Source: Leucoraja erinacea (lineage: Eukaryota). From it: a stretch of DNA of 64,000 nt. The stretch covers positions 9,734,001 through 9,798,000 of the forward strand of contig NC_073379.1 of NCBI RefSeq assembly GCF_028641065.1, written 5' to 3'. Under the pieces are notes generated by a model, which was not told the origin of the DNA, made no database searches, and was given only the letters and a program-made list of their open reading frames with translations. Positions 1 to 12,790 of the stretch are shown here, one piece after another (the stretch's first letter is position 1; the number at the start of each line of letters is the position of its first letter). The position numbers were made by a program, and so were the translations under genes.

Positions 1-3000
1 ATTCTGGGTACTGGAAAACACCATCCAAGTTCCAACAACCATGTCATGGCGTGAAGTGAAACAAGGCCTGCGTAAGTCCGTCAGGTACTATCAAATACCT
101 GAAGCAGAATCCTTTTGTACTGTGCGTTGTTCTCGATTGGTGAGGCAGAAGGGAAAATACATAAATTAATTTCACCAATGCAGCGTGAACGCATTTGTCT
201 ATCAATATTATAAATACATTCTTGAATGACAACATGACCTATAGGCCAGAAAAGTCAATATATATAGCTGACGATCTTTCTGCTGGAACTATCTGTCCCA
301 GAGAAAAATTTTTTTAATGAGGATTCCACTGGCCCAGGGTCTGGTTTCCCCCCGCGACATAGATAGGACATCCCCAAACACCTGGTGATATAGCGTTAAT
401 GCAAATAATCGATATCAGTTTCACATTCCATTTTAATTGTCATTATCAGTGTACAGTACAGCGACAATGAAAAAGCATTAATATCTGATGCATCATATAG
501 CTTGATAGTTTTGTTAAACTTTATATGAAAACATCTAATTGATGTTGTCCTTAATTTTATGTGACCTGGTGTCTGTCACTTTATTTTGCTTACCAGGCAG
601 GTAAGTTGTTGATAGTCCAATACCTCTATGGATATACCATTGCCAAATTGTTTTGACCAACTTGTCATATGATACCGACTTTATGCTGCCATATGGTTAA
701 TATAGGCCACCTCCATAGTGTAGTCTTATTTATACCCATACATGCAAGTGCTTAAACTCATAAATTTCACCCGAGCATTTTTTAGATACTTAATGCCCAG
801 TATAAGTGGTAACCCCACCACTGTCTTTCTAATATTATTTCAGTGGGTAACTTCATGAGATGCTCAATGACAACCTATATGTTGATTTTGATACTAACAT
901 CTGAATCATGTAGACAGAAAATGGTACCTTTTTTCCCCCCAATTACTCTGTTATTTGTCGAGTAGTTGGTAGTTTGACCATTAATTTGTCCCTTGTTTGT
1001 GCCAATTCAACTATGTTGTCTCTTGGCAACATTAAAGTTACGTGGACTGAATTAATATGAAAGCCAAGATAGTCCAAGAAAGCGCTCTATTTGCTGGTAG
1101 GAACCAGACCCACCTACCTTCATGGTTATTGGCGGGGTTGTGTTTTTTCTTTTTGAGTGTTCTTCCCTGTCGATGTGCTGGTGATGTTGGGGGGAGGCGC
1201 ATTTTCCAGGGGGTCCGCTGCAGGCCCTGACCTAAAAAAGGTTTCTGGGGATAGTGCGGCCCCAAGCTTTGACCAGTCGCATATTCGGGACGCCGACTGG
1301 TAGATACAGTGGTGTGCTGCCGCCTGGGTGGAATGAAGTGTTCAAGTCCTTCCCAAATAAAAATGAGTCGGTCTCTACTGATGGAGTTTTGCATAACCCT
1401 GCAAATTTAGAATTGAGGGCCGGCCTGATGTTGTCTCTTCTCAGGTTATTTAGCTCATATTGTGTCGTGCACATGAGTGCCAGGACATCCTGTTGGTGAG
1501 ATGTCATATCTACGGTCTCGACACCCCGCGCATAGGCTGTTATAGCCGCCGTGAGGAGGCGAAGTATGCGCTGGAGTTTGACCTCCTGTGTCCGAATCGG
1601 TCCCCCCACGTTGCCCCATATTTGAGGCTCTTGACCTTGAGAGCGTCACAATTATTCGGGGCTGTGTGCTCCTCAAGCACTTGGGCGAGCACCTTCTCCT
1701 GCAGTGGTTTGTTGGAGAGATGGTTTATGCTGGCAGCCATCCTTGGCTCCAGTGGTGCTCCAACCCGTGGGGTAGCGACGAATCGGCTTACAACCCCTAG
1801 CAGCTCTTCCTGCACACCCTGCTCTCTTTCGGCTCCTTCCGCCTGCCCCATACTCAGACCAGCCTGCCCCTGGTCACCGATGCTAACCTCCCATTCCTGG
1901 TCCGAGGTCGCAAAGGGAGGTGCCGGACTCAGCACCATGGAGGGGGCGCCTGTCCTGTCTGTCCGAGAGCGCTGCTGCTCTCGGTAGACCATCCCCTCCA
2001 ATAGCTGCTGGATGCAGCTTAGGCGGCTGTCTCTCCCCCGCTTTGGGGTGGACATTTCCCCCCTCCCCGACGAGTCGGAGACGACCGGCCGTTTGGCTTC
2101 CTGTCCGCTTTCCCAGTCCGCCGTGTAGGCTATGGCGAGACTGGCTTGGCTCGGTCTCGGGGATAGCGAAAAACGCTCTGCGAGCGACGCTGCCGCCGGT
2201 TGCTGCCCCGCTGGTAGAGTTGGAGCGGGGCAGTTTCTCTTTGCGAGTGTTTTGCGTTGTGTTCCTGAAATCTGTAATAAAACACAACTGCAAACTCACC
2301 TTTCCTATGCCCAAGAGCCGCTCCTGCAGCTCAGGCGGCTGTCTCTCCCCCTCCTGGGTGGAGAGACGTCCCAGTCCGATGTTGCTCCACCGCCGGGTTT
2401 TCCACACATCCAGCCCGCTGCTCAGGTGCTAGCGGGCTGGCTCGGTCGCGGTGTCGGGTTTGTGGACCGCCCGCTAAGCGGTCCTACCGCCTGTTGCTGC
2501 CCTGACTCTCTCTTGAGCGGGCAGGTGCAGCATATTTCCCCCCTCAGCCCGCAGCTGATGCTGACGGGCTTGGAGCAGTGTCGGGAGCGGGCCGCTAATT
2601 AGCGGTACTCGCTCTCTCTCTCTGACTCGGGCTGCTGCTCACCTGCACTCGGGCTGCAGCGTACTCCACGCCAGCACTGCACAGTGGGTTCCCCTAACGG
2701 CTCCGTAAATGTCGGAAGCCTCCTCCCGCTCGCCTGCCTGCCTGCCTCACCTGGACAGTGCGTGGAGAGCGAGCGAGGACTAAGGGGAACCCCCAACGCA
2801 GCGCTAGCGCCGTCTCCTGCGCTGTCAAATGTAGCCCCTGGGGAGATTTTACCGGCACCGGCACAGGTCCCATCCATGGTCCGCCGGCGCTCTCTCTCCC
2901 TGGTAGCGTCTTTCCTCCCCTCCCTCGAACGGGAAACTCCTACCAGAGTCCAAGGGGGCCGCTTGCACGCCCTGCGGGAAACAAGCAGACGCAAAGGGGC

Positions 3001-3160
3001 TGTAAAAGTAAAGGTAAGTACTTACCTAAACTTAGATTCTCTCTCGTTTCTTCGGGAGCCCTGACTCCCGGCTGCCGCTTTGCATTGCTGAAACGTAATG
3101 CCGCAATGCGTCCTGGGGCGGGCTTCTTCACGGAATCACTCACGTGACTCCGAAGTAAAA
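1..3160 (-). mobile_element. DIRS1-like tyrosine-recombinase retrotransposon, decayed and internally deleted (5' end, gag-like ORF, RT C-terminus, RNase H, methyltransferase-like domain); continues left of the window
   Basis: Terminus TTTTACTTCGGAGTCACGTGAGTGATTCCGTGAAG (revcomp ~3124-3160), shared with 42439 and 43550; gag-like ELNNLRRDNIRPALN..FLFGKDL; DYLGFHINS (RT end); VAYINHM..YLPGKQNKV (RNase H); GILIVPD (MT-like). Confidence 0.8.
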
Positions 3161-3870
3161 TTAGTTAGTTACCTAATTGTAGCTAATTACAAAGTTCAAT
3201 TACTAGATCTAAACATCTATCCATTTCTTAAGAATAGATTAACATTTTTAAATAGCCTAAATGTCCAAATAACATTCACAAAATAATTCACAATATAGCA
3301 TAATTTTTAAATCTCATTGTCATGGGTTTATAGGCCAAATGGATGGAATTTAATGTTTAATACCTGTAAATTAATGGTCATTTAAATCAACGCGAGTGGG
3401 TTTTTCTGGAACGCGATCATTTGGAATGTTGCGGTGCACTGATTTAGTCCCCATATCGGCATGAAACACACTGCCGGTTCGTATGGGGGGCAAAAATCAC
3501 CATTTCGCAACTTAAAATGTGAATTAAAGGCATCTTAAGAAACACTTTTATACATAAAAATAAACTACTTTCTTTTACCTGTCCCCTACGTAAAATCCAT
3601 CCCCATTGTCGGCGTTGACGGCTTCTGTTTTAAAATCACTCCAGCGATGAACTTGGCGGGCAAATTTTATTTTTTAAAGACACAGAACGGCCGTCGGAGC
3701 GACACTTCAGCAAAAGCTTGCACTCCGACAAAATATAATCCAGGACAAGGTAGAAGAAAAGCGTGTTTTAACCCCGCCCCCCCCCCCCCCCCCTCAAATG
3801 CGCCAAAACGCGCACACGGCCAGTGGCAGAATTGCAGCACCGCTGAAGGTAAGTATTGTAACATACCTAC
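3161..3870. mobile_element. Non-autonomous DNA transposon, partial copy (related to 16630 and 31037 copies), interrupted by the DIRS element
   Basis: Near-identical block ttagttagttacc..actagatctaaacatctatc shared with 16964-17150; ends TTGTAACATACCTA. Confidence 0.75.
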
Positions 3871-4744
3871 AATGTAGTTACAGGGGTTGCTGCTATAATC
3901 CGAGGCATGGTTTGAACCTCAGGAAGTTAAGAGCGTCCGTGATCCCAAGGCACTCAATACATCAAGAGAATCTGAACTCTAAATAAAATGCTGGAAATAT
4001 TGAGAAGCTCCCCCCCATCCCACCGACATGCAGGTTTGTGGGGTAATTCGCCTCTGTAAAAAAAGAAGATTGCCCCTAGTGGTCAGGGAGTGGATGAGAA
4101 AGTGGGATAACATAGATCAAGTTCAACCATTGATCGACGGTCAGCATGGAATCGGTGGGCTGAAGAGCCTATTTCCACACAGTATCTCTAAACAAGTTAT
4201 ACTAAATAAGATCAGGCAGCAACTGCGGTGAGCGAAACACGATTAACGTATCATCTTGACGTTCATCGGAGGTATTAACCTATCGAGACGTTGTCTGAGT
4301 TGCAGGGTGGAATTATTGGGGTATATTTCTTCGCATGGCACCATGCTTTAAAGTTGTAGAGTTATAACCAACAAATAATCGCGTTGGGCTGATCGATAAG
4401 CGGCGCTCGGCTATCTTTCACTCGCGCTGATGAGATTGATTTCAAGATGCTCAGATGATACAATGCGGTTATTGATTCGAGCGCCACATCCCTTCAGCTG
4501 TATCTGCAAGTGAAGCTATGGGTGGGTTAGTAGACCTTGAAGAGGCACTGACACTTTGTTTTTATTTAGAGGGGTAAAAAAAAGCAACAGTGTTAAAGAA
4601 GACATCTCCATCCTGCGGCTTTGAGTTGGGGAAAGGAAAACAAGAGATGTAGATTGAAAGGTATGCACAAAAGTAACGATGATAAAGGGAACAGGCCATT
4701 CATCGTTAGCTGCTCCAGTTTTATGTGTCCGTCTTCAGTTTAAA

Positions 4745-6559
4745 GAAAGAGATTAGTTAAAACAAATGTAGGTCCCTTGCAGTCAGTAACAGGTGAATTG
4801 ATCATGGGGAACCAGGATATGGCGGACCAATTGAATAACTACTTTGGTTCCGTCTTCACTAAGGAAGACATAAATGATCTGCCGGAAATAGCAGGGGCCC
4901 GCGGGTCAAAGGAGGTGGAGGAATTGAGTGAAATCCAGGTTAGTCGGGAAGTGGTGTTGGGTAAATTGAATGGATTAAAGGCCGATAAATCCCCAGGGCC
5001 AGATAGGCTGCATCCCAGAGTACTTAAGGAAGTAGCTCCAGAAATAGTGGATGCATTAGTAATAATCTTTCAAAACTCTTTAGATTCTGGAGTAGTTCCA
5101 GAGGATTGGCGGGTAGCAAACGTAACCCCACTTTTTAAGAAGGGAGGGAGAGAGAAAACGGGGAATTACAGACCAGTTAGTCTAACATCGGTAGTGGGGA
5201 AACTGCTAGAGTCAGTTATTAAAGATGGGATAGCAGCACATTTGGAAAGTGGTGAAATCATTGGACAAAGTCAGCATGGATTTACGAAAGGTAAATCATG
5301 TCTGACGAATCTTATAGAATTTTTCGAGGATGTAACTAGTAGCGTGGATAGGGGAGAACCAGTGGATGTGGTGTATCTGGACTTCCAGAAGGCTTTCGAC
5401 AAGGTCCCACATAAGAGATTAGTATACAAACTTAAAGCACATGGCATTGGGGGTTCAGTATTGATGTGGATAGAGAACTGGCTGGCAGACAGGAAGCAAA
5501 GAGTAGGAGTAAACGGGTCCTTTTCACAATGGCAGGCAGTGACTAGTGGGGTACTGCAAGGCTCAGTACTGGGACCCCAGCTATTTACAATATATATTAA
5601 TGATCTAGATGAGGGAATTGAAGGCAATATCTCCAAGTTTGCGGATGACACTAAGCTGGGGGGCAGTGTTAGGTGTGAGGAGGATGCTAGGGGACTGCAA
5701 GGTGACTTGGATAGGCTGGGTGAGTGGGCAAATGTTTGGCAGATGCAGTATAATGTGGATAAATGTGAGGTTATCCATTTTGGTGGCAAAAACGGGAAAG
5801 CAGATTATTATCTAAATGGTGGCCGATTGGGAAAGGGGGAGATGCAGCGAGACCTGGGTGTCATGGTACACCAGTCATTGAAGGTAGGCATGCAGGTGCA
5901 GCAGGCAGTAAAGAAAGCGAATGGTATGTTGGCTTTCATAGCAAGAGGATTTGAGTATAGGAGCAGGGAGGTTCTACTGCAGTTGTACAGGGTCTTGGTG
6001 AGACCACACCTGGAGTATTGCGTGCAGTTTTGGTCTCCAAATCTGAGGAAGGACATTATTGCCATAGAGGGAGTGCAGAGAAGGTTCACCAGACTGATTC
6101 CTGAGATGTCAGGACTGTCTTATGAAGAAAGACTGGATAGACTTGGTTTATACTCTCTAGAATTAAGGAGATTGAGAGGGGATCTTATAGAAACTTACAA
6201 AATTCTTAAGGGGTTGGACAGGCTAGATGCAGGAAGATTGTTCCCGATGTTGGGGAAGTCCAGGACAAGGGGCCACAGCTTAAGGATAAGGGGGAAATCC
6301 TTTAAAACCGAGATGTGGAGAACTTTTTTCACACAGAGAGTGGTGAATCTCTGGAACTCTCTGCCACAGAGGGTAGTTGAGGCCAGTTCATTGGCTATAT
6401 TTAAGAGGGAGTTAGATGTGGCCAAGGGGATCAGAGGGTATGGAGAGAAGGCAGGTACGGGATACTGAGTTGGATGATCAGCCATGATCGTATTGAATGG
6501 CGGTGCAGGCTCGAAGGGCCGAATGGCCTACTCTTGCACCTAATTTCTATGTTTCTATG
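4745..6559 (+). mobile_element. Young CR1 LINE, 5'-truncated, open RT ORF (4777-6468)
   Basis: KSPGPD, NYRPVSLTS, YLDFQKAFDKV, QGSVLGP, FADDTK motifs; (TTTCTATG)n tail; apparent TAAA duplication within a Penelope-type short repeat. Confidence 0.95.
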
Positions 6560-9079
6560 TAAACCAGCATCTGCTGTTCCTTCCAACACATTTCAAAGTG
6601 ATTGAGGTTTTTATTTCGTAAGAAGAGATTTTATTTTCACTCCCTGTCCGGAGGCTGTTGTAAAAGGCTGCACGGATTCGTACATGGTGACTGGTCCTCT
6701 GACGGTAACGCATTATGATGTGGTTTTGTTGACGAGCTGGGTGAACAGTTGACAGGTTGCATACAGTCAGTGTAACCACCAAGGTCATTAGATTAAGTTA
6801 CAAAAAATGTCCGTGTACTAACACATAAAATACTCCAAAAGAGAGCTAATGCATAAAAAGGTACACAAAAACAGCTGGAGAAACTCAGCGGGTGCAGCCT
6901 TGGCGCGAAGGAATGCATAAAAAGTGCGGGCTGCGTTTTATTGAGTGAAGCTGAATCAATAATGATCTTATCTCGATTTACTTTTGAACAACAATTCATT
7001 TTAAGCTGCTTCCTCATTTTTTCAGTGGCTGCCCGGAAAGAAAAACGGGTTAACCGGAGATACATTTTAATATGTTGTCAACCTCTCGTGTTTATCTGAG
7101 TAGTATGTTTTCGGTAATCTTCGTTTAACCAGTTCGGCTGCGGAACAAAGATTACTGTACACTTTCCTGGGATTTCCGAAAGAGTGGGGTCTTCTCCCGC
7201 CGCCACGTTATTTTTTATGTGTAGGAATGAACTGCAGATACTGATTTAAACCGAAGATAGATACAAGAAACTGGAGTAACTCGGCGGATCAGACAGCATC
7301 TCTGGAGAAAAGGAACATGTGACGCTTCGGGTCGAGACCCTTGTTTAATGCCTGACGAATAAATGTTCTGAAATGGAAAAGCGGAGACTTTGGATATTCC
7401 AAAGACGCAATAAATACAGATTGCACGTCACTTGGAAAAGAACAAGTGATCCTTTGCAGTCCAAAATCAAAATTAACCCAGCAGCCAAATGCAGGTTGGC
7501 GATCCGAAACGTGTTCTCCACAGATGTTAGTTCAGCACTTTTGTGTTTCAAGATAACAGCACCAGGGTAGTGGGAGATGGTGGCGGAAATATTGAATGGA
7601 ACACAAGCCTTGCTGTACTGTGGACTCTGCAACAACCTGGTGGGTATGAGAGCTTTAGAGGGATAGAGGCCAAATGTGAGACGAGGTCATCCCTCAGCCT
7701 CCTGCACTGCAAAGAATAAAAACCTCAAACCTATCCACCTTCTTCTTGCAACCCAAGCCCTCCAGGAAGGACCTAGCTTGACATGAACAAGTTGGACCGA
7801 GGGGGCATTTTCCTTGCTGTAACACTCTATGACCCCCCATAACCAAACCATGTAAACCTCTCAGAGCGGGTGCCATTCTTGACGCGCACGGAGATTGTGA
7901 CAGAATCCCTGGTCAACAGGCAGGACACAAATTTGGCGATGTATCGGATTCACAGGGACATTGGCCACCCCCTCGCCTCTCAGAGTATTTTTTCCCCCTA
8001 GATTCTTCCTCTATTTGCGAGGCCTCCCTTTAACTAAAACACTCCACTCGATTGCTCTCTACCGCAGGGATTTGCTCCCACATTATGTAATTGTTTAGAA
8101 TTTACAGCATGGGAAAAGGACCTTTGGCCCACCGAGTCCACACCAACCATCGATCACCCGTACCCAATTTCTCGTTTATCCCACTTTCGTATCCCACACA
8201 CCAGTGGCAATTTACAGAAGTCAATGAATCCACAAACCTGTACGTCATTGGAGGTTTGCTCCTCCGTTCATAATAATTATGTATAAGACCCCCCCCCCCC
8301 GGTTTCACGCACATGGAATTAGTTCTTCTATATACACAGTTTAAATACCCATATCAGGTTTACTGCTTAATTTCCAATTAATCTCACCCCAAATCCAAAA
8401 TAAAATCACTCCATTTTTAAAGAAAACGTGCCTTAAGGGGACTGCAAAGAGTTAATAATGTTCGCTACATAGACTTCAGTAATATATAAGTCTGTATATT
8501 TAATTCAAACACCTACATAAAATGGATTTGACACAAATGGTCACTGTCACCATTTTAATATGGTAGTAAAAATAGACGAGAAACATGTAGAGAGTTTATA
8601 ATATTGTCGACATAGGTTAGTGAACGACAGTCTTCTGTTTGAGTGATGTAAACCAACCTGTGCCCTGACAGGGATTACACCAGGCACTTATCTATTCCAT
8701 CCTACCATTGACTTACTATTTGAGGAAATTCACATCATGCCACACATTACCATTGCAGGTCGACCTAATTTCAGTGTTTAGTTACAACAGGCAGATTACT
8801 TAAACAATCTTAAATATTGTCAGATAATTTATTAACCTGGGGGCTGCAAGTGGAAACAAATGGAAAGTATATTTAGAACATAAAGCCAGAAAAATAATTG
8901 CTTTACCCAAAGAGTGACAAATGGTTGGAATAACCCTGTAAGTCGAGATGAAATCATGATAGTTGTAGACTCACGAGTCACCAAGGCAAACGCACGGGCC
9001 ACGACGTTCTTACAACGTTACAACGGAAGTTTCGATCGCCCCAACGGCGGGAAATAAAAGGAGGAAATAATGAATAAAT

Positions 9080-9575
9080 GATTGATTGAATGAATGAATG
9101 GATGAATGAATGTATGATTGAATGAATGAATAAGTTTATTGGCCAAGTATTCACATACAAGGAATTTGCCTTGGTGCTCTGCTCGAAAGCGACATGACAT
9201 ACAATGACTGTTAGGAATGACACATAAAACATTAAACATTAATAATCAAACATTATCGATTAAACATGCGAATTCAATAAAATACCACAGCAAAAGCAGG
9301 CTACAGATATTTGGTTGTTGACTAGAGCTACTATTCGTGGGGGGAAAAAAATGTTTTTATGTCTGGCTCTGGCAGTTTTGACAATCCGGAGTCGCCTTCC
9401 AGACGGAAGTGATTTAAAGAGTTTGTGGCCAGGGTGAGACGGGTCAGAGATTATCTTGCCCGCTCACTTCCTGGCCCTTGCAATGTACAGTTTATCAATG
9501 GAGGGGAGGTTGCAGCCAATAACCTTCTCAGCTGATCGGCCGATTCGCTGCAGCCTCCGGATGTCGTGATTGGTG
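9080..9575 (-). mobile_element. Rex1/Babar-like LINE 3' fragment with (CATT)n tail
   Basis: Minus strand gives KIISDPSHPGHKLFKSLPSGRR-like peptide, followed by AATAAA and (TTCA)n. Confidence 0.7.
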
Positions 9576-10017
9576 GCTGAGTTGTGTGCCTTCCATCACA
9601 GTGGGGGAAGGTACAAGTTATTTGCCTTCCATTACAGTGGGGTCGCAGAAAAACAAGATGGCCATGCTGCCTGCTCTGGTGAGGACTCGTCGAGAGTGCC
9701 GTGAGTGCAGTAATCTCGGTGTTTTGCGGGACATTGCTCCATGAAGACATCCCAGAGTTTAGTGCGAGGGTGTACAGCTTTCTGTCTGTTTGGGTGGACA
9801 GGGACTGCAGAGAGAGTGATAGCGGTTAGTACAACTCTGAAGGTGTGCCGATAGCGCAGACATTGAACTAATGGCTGTGGGTCTCTGCTTATGCCGTTGT
9901 GGTGGCTGTTTAATTTTTATGTGGTTATGTATTTTGTTGCTATGTTTTTTGCTATATTTGATTTATATTTTGCTATATTTGATATATATTTGCTATATTT
10001 TTGCTATATTTTGCTGC

Positions 10018-10183
10018 TATTTTTAAGAGGATGTGGCCCTTGTGGCTAAAGGGATCAAGGGGTATGGAGAGAAGGCAGGTACAGGATACTGAGTTGGATG
10101 ATCAGCCATGATCATATTGAATGGCGGTGCAGGCTCGAAGGGCCGAATGGCCTACTCCTGCACCTATTTTTTATGTTTCTATG
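10018..10183 (+). mobile_element. CR1 3'-end fragment
   Basis: Matches the last ~165 nt of the young CR1 copies, including the tail. Confidence 0.85.
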
Positions 10184-11645
10184 TTGCTTTTTTTTTGGCT
10201 CTTGGGAAATCAAATTCCTTGTATGTTTACATATGTAGCTAATAAATAAATGAATTACAATGAATTACAAATGCAATTATGTTCCGCTTGGGTAGCTCAC
10301 AACTATGCAGTTGTCCAAATTTGATAACTAACCTACAAACACCCCCTCTCCTCCTTTAACCATGCTCTATCCCACCAGGATGGGCATCTATTGTGCTCTT
10401 CACCATTCTCCCTGGCCTCTGCCACCGATATGACATCCTCTAATTTCAAATGTCATACGTCTTCTATTCTGATCTCACACCTTTTTTTCTCTTGGTCCTT
10501 TTCCAACTTTCTGCCAATCAAACACCCCACCCTTCACCCGCATCAACTCATCACTTGTCAGGCTTTTTCTTGCCACCTCCTCCCTTTACTCTTGATCCCA
10601 CCTATTATAAACAGTCCGAAGAAGTGTCACGACCTGAAACGTCACTAATCCATGCTTTTCAGAAACGTGCTTGACCGACTGATTACTCAACCACTTTGGT
10701 TAATTATAGAAGACCTATCCTTTCTAACTAATGTGATTGATTTTTTTTTTTGTGACGGAAGATAGCAATTGCTTGCATCAGGATTAGACGAAATGGAATT
10801 TAGTGGAATAATGCAGTCTTGAAAAGTTGAATTATTTTAGCATGAAGAAAAATATCCCACAGAGTTTCTCAGGAAGCGGTACCAGTAATATTATATATTA
10901 TTTAATTCAATAATGTTGTGGCAGTATTCGTGTAGGTGGCACATTATTTTGAGATGCAGTAACAGATATTTGAATGGGCGAAACTTTGACAGATCACGTT
11001 TCATACTCAGAGTAAGTATTTGGGACAGTGAAGATGCGATATAAACAAAGTCACATTTCTAAATAGGCCACACCTATAGAGAGATTTGGGAATACAGGTG
11101 GATAATTGATTGAAATGGTGGAGCAGTTTGGGGACTCGGAATTTCTGAAAAGAGATATAGCCTAAAAGAACTAGGAAGGTACCCTGTCCCTAAATACATG
11201 TTTCAATCATAGTTAATAGCATCGAGTTCATTTTGGGCATGACATCGCAGATAAGATGGAATGGATTGATGATGCTAAAAAAGGACTTTACCTAAATTAT
11301 TCAAAGGAGGAAGGGCATATATTATCTGCATTGAATTTAAAAAACGGGTTCAGTTTTTCGTTTTCGATGGTTGCTTGATCAGATACAGTTTTTGCAAAAT
11401 CATGATATGTATGTGAATGATAGACGAGATATCGTGCAGCCATTGTCCAATGGATCAAGATTTAAATAATACAAAATGAAAACGATTGTCCACGGAACAA
11501 ACCGAGAACGCGGCCTTATGTGTACAGTGATTAATTATTGTTAGGACTGAAGTATCTATGGAAGTATCAAGTACCGACTGCAGACGATCTCACAAAGTAA
11601 ACAACAACAAACGCCCTGCACCGCCCTGTCCGGCTCAGATATCCA

Positions 11646-11771
11646 TCATTGTTGGGCAGGAACTGGTGTAGCTTCGAGTATCCGTCTGCGGGTTTCCCGT
11701 CGGCAGTAGAAATACACATTGATTGGATGGACATAACTCAATGTTACCAGTGCGATGAGTGCGATGTTTAA
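11646..11771 (-). CDS. SLC43A3: SLC43A3-like last coding exon (LNIALIALVTLSYVHPINVYFYCRRETRRRILEATPVPAQQ*)
   Basis: Read manually (not in the ORF track); cacag| acceptor after a pyrimidine tract; last TM with HP..VY..CR motif; TGA at 11646-11648. Confidence 0.88.
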   Translation of the reverse strand, partial: LNIALIALVTLSYVHPINVYFYCRRETRRRILEATPVPAQQ

Positions 11772-12529
11772 CTGTGTTTGTAATGGAAATGAAGACGTGG
11801 AGAGAGATTAGTTTTTGCGAAGCGACTGCCCCGATGCAACAACGAATAATTTGTGGGATCAGAAAGATAGTCAGTGGGACCATCTGCTCCGTGCAGATAA
11901 TTAGAATAACTCCCTACCCATCCCATTACCCGTCCCGTTCCCACGTCAGCACACGACTGGTTATTTCAATTATTTTCCTACAAAGACTCCGTCTCCATCA
12001 AGCAGGGCCACACAGTCTCTGGGCAAACGTTTCCCGGCCTAATCTCACGGGGCGACTTGACACAAGATGTAACCAGAGTGAAGTGGTCGTGGTCTAGCAC
12101 GATATCACACGATATAACGGGGGGTAGACAAAGAGTTCCCACGGTACTTGGCATTTCTGTTATTTGTGCGAGTGACTTGTCCGTCTCCCGAGCTTTCCCG
12201 TTAAATCTTGAATGAACATTGTAAACTGTCAAGTGTAATTAAATCATCACGTGGCACAAATGATGTCACTTTTTTTTCCACACACTATAAATATCCTCCC
12301 TTGCTTGAATTGGCTCATTTGGAGACATGCCTGTACTACTGCCGTGACTTTACTGCAGGAATATGCCACATTACTTAGGAGAGAGGGGGAGTGAGACAGA
12401 GAGAGAGAGGCACAGAGGCAGTGTGATGTACTTCGGGGTGACTGGCGGAAGAGAAAGAGCGCACATGACCTTGGTCTATCTGTGTGTGTGTGAGCGAAGA
12501 GAGACTAAGCAGAATACATCGGTCTTATT

Positions 12530-12790
12530 GTGTGTGGGGGGAGAAAGAGAGAGGTGGGGGGGGGGAGAGAAAGAGAGAGGTGGGGGAGGGGGAGAAAGAG
12601 AGAGGTGGGGGAGGGGGAGAAAGAGAGAGGTGGGGGAGGGGGAGAAAGAGAGAGGTGGGGGGGGGGGGAGAAAGAGAGAGGGGGGGGGGGAGGGAGAAAG
12701 AGAGAGAGGGGGGGGGGGGGAAAGAGAGAGGTGGGGGAGGGAGGAGAGAAAGAGAGGGGTGGGGAGGGGGAGAAAGAGACAGAGGTGGGA
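12530..12790 (+). repeat. Purine-rich minisatellite, ~24-nt unit GAGAAAGAGAGAGGTGGGGGAGGG
   Basis: Roughly ten visible units, almost only G/A on the + strand. Confidence 0.9.

Noticed and set aside
1254-3147. Plus-strand ORFs over the DIRS 5' region
   Set aside because: Antisense shadows of a GC-rich gag/leader region with few stop codons.
4777-6468. Host or domesticated reverse transcriptase gene
   Set aside because: No true ATG start (TTG), 5'-truncated, CR1 tail, and several near-identical copies: recent insertions.
6555-6788. Possible SLC43A3 last exon (STVHP)
   Set aside because: No splice acceptor and a poor match; 11646-11771 fits far better.
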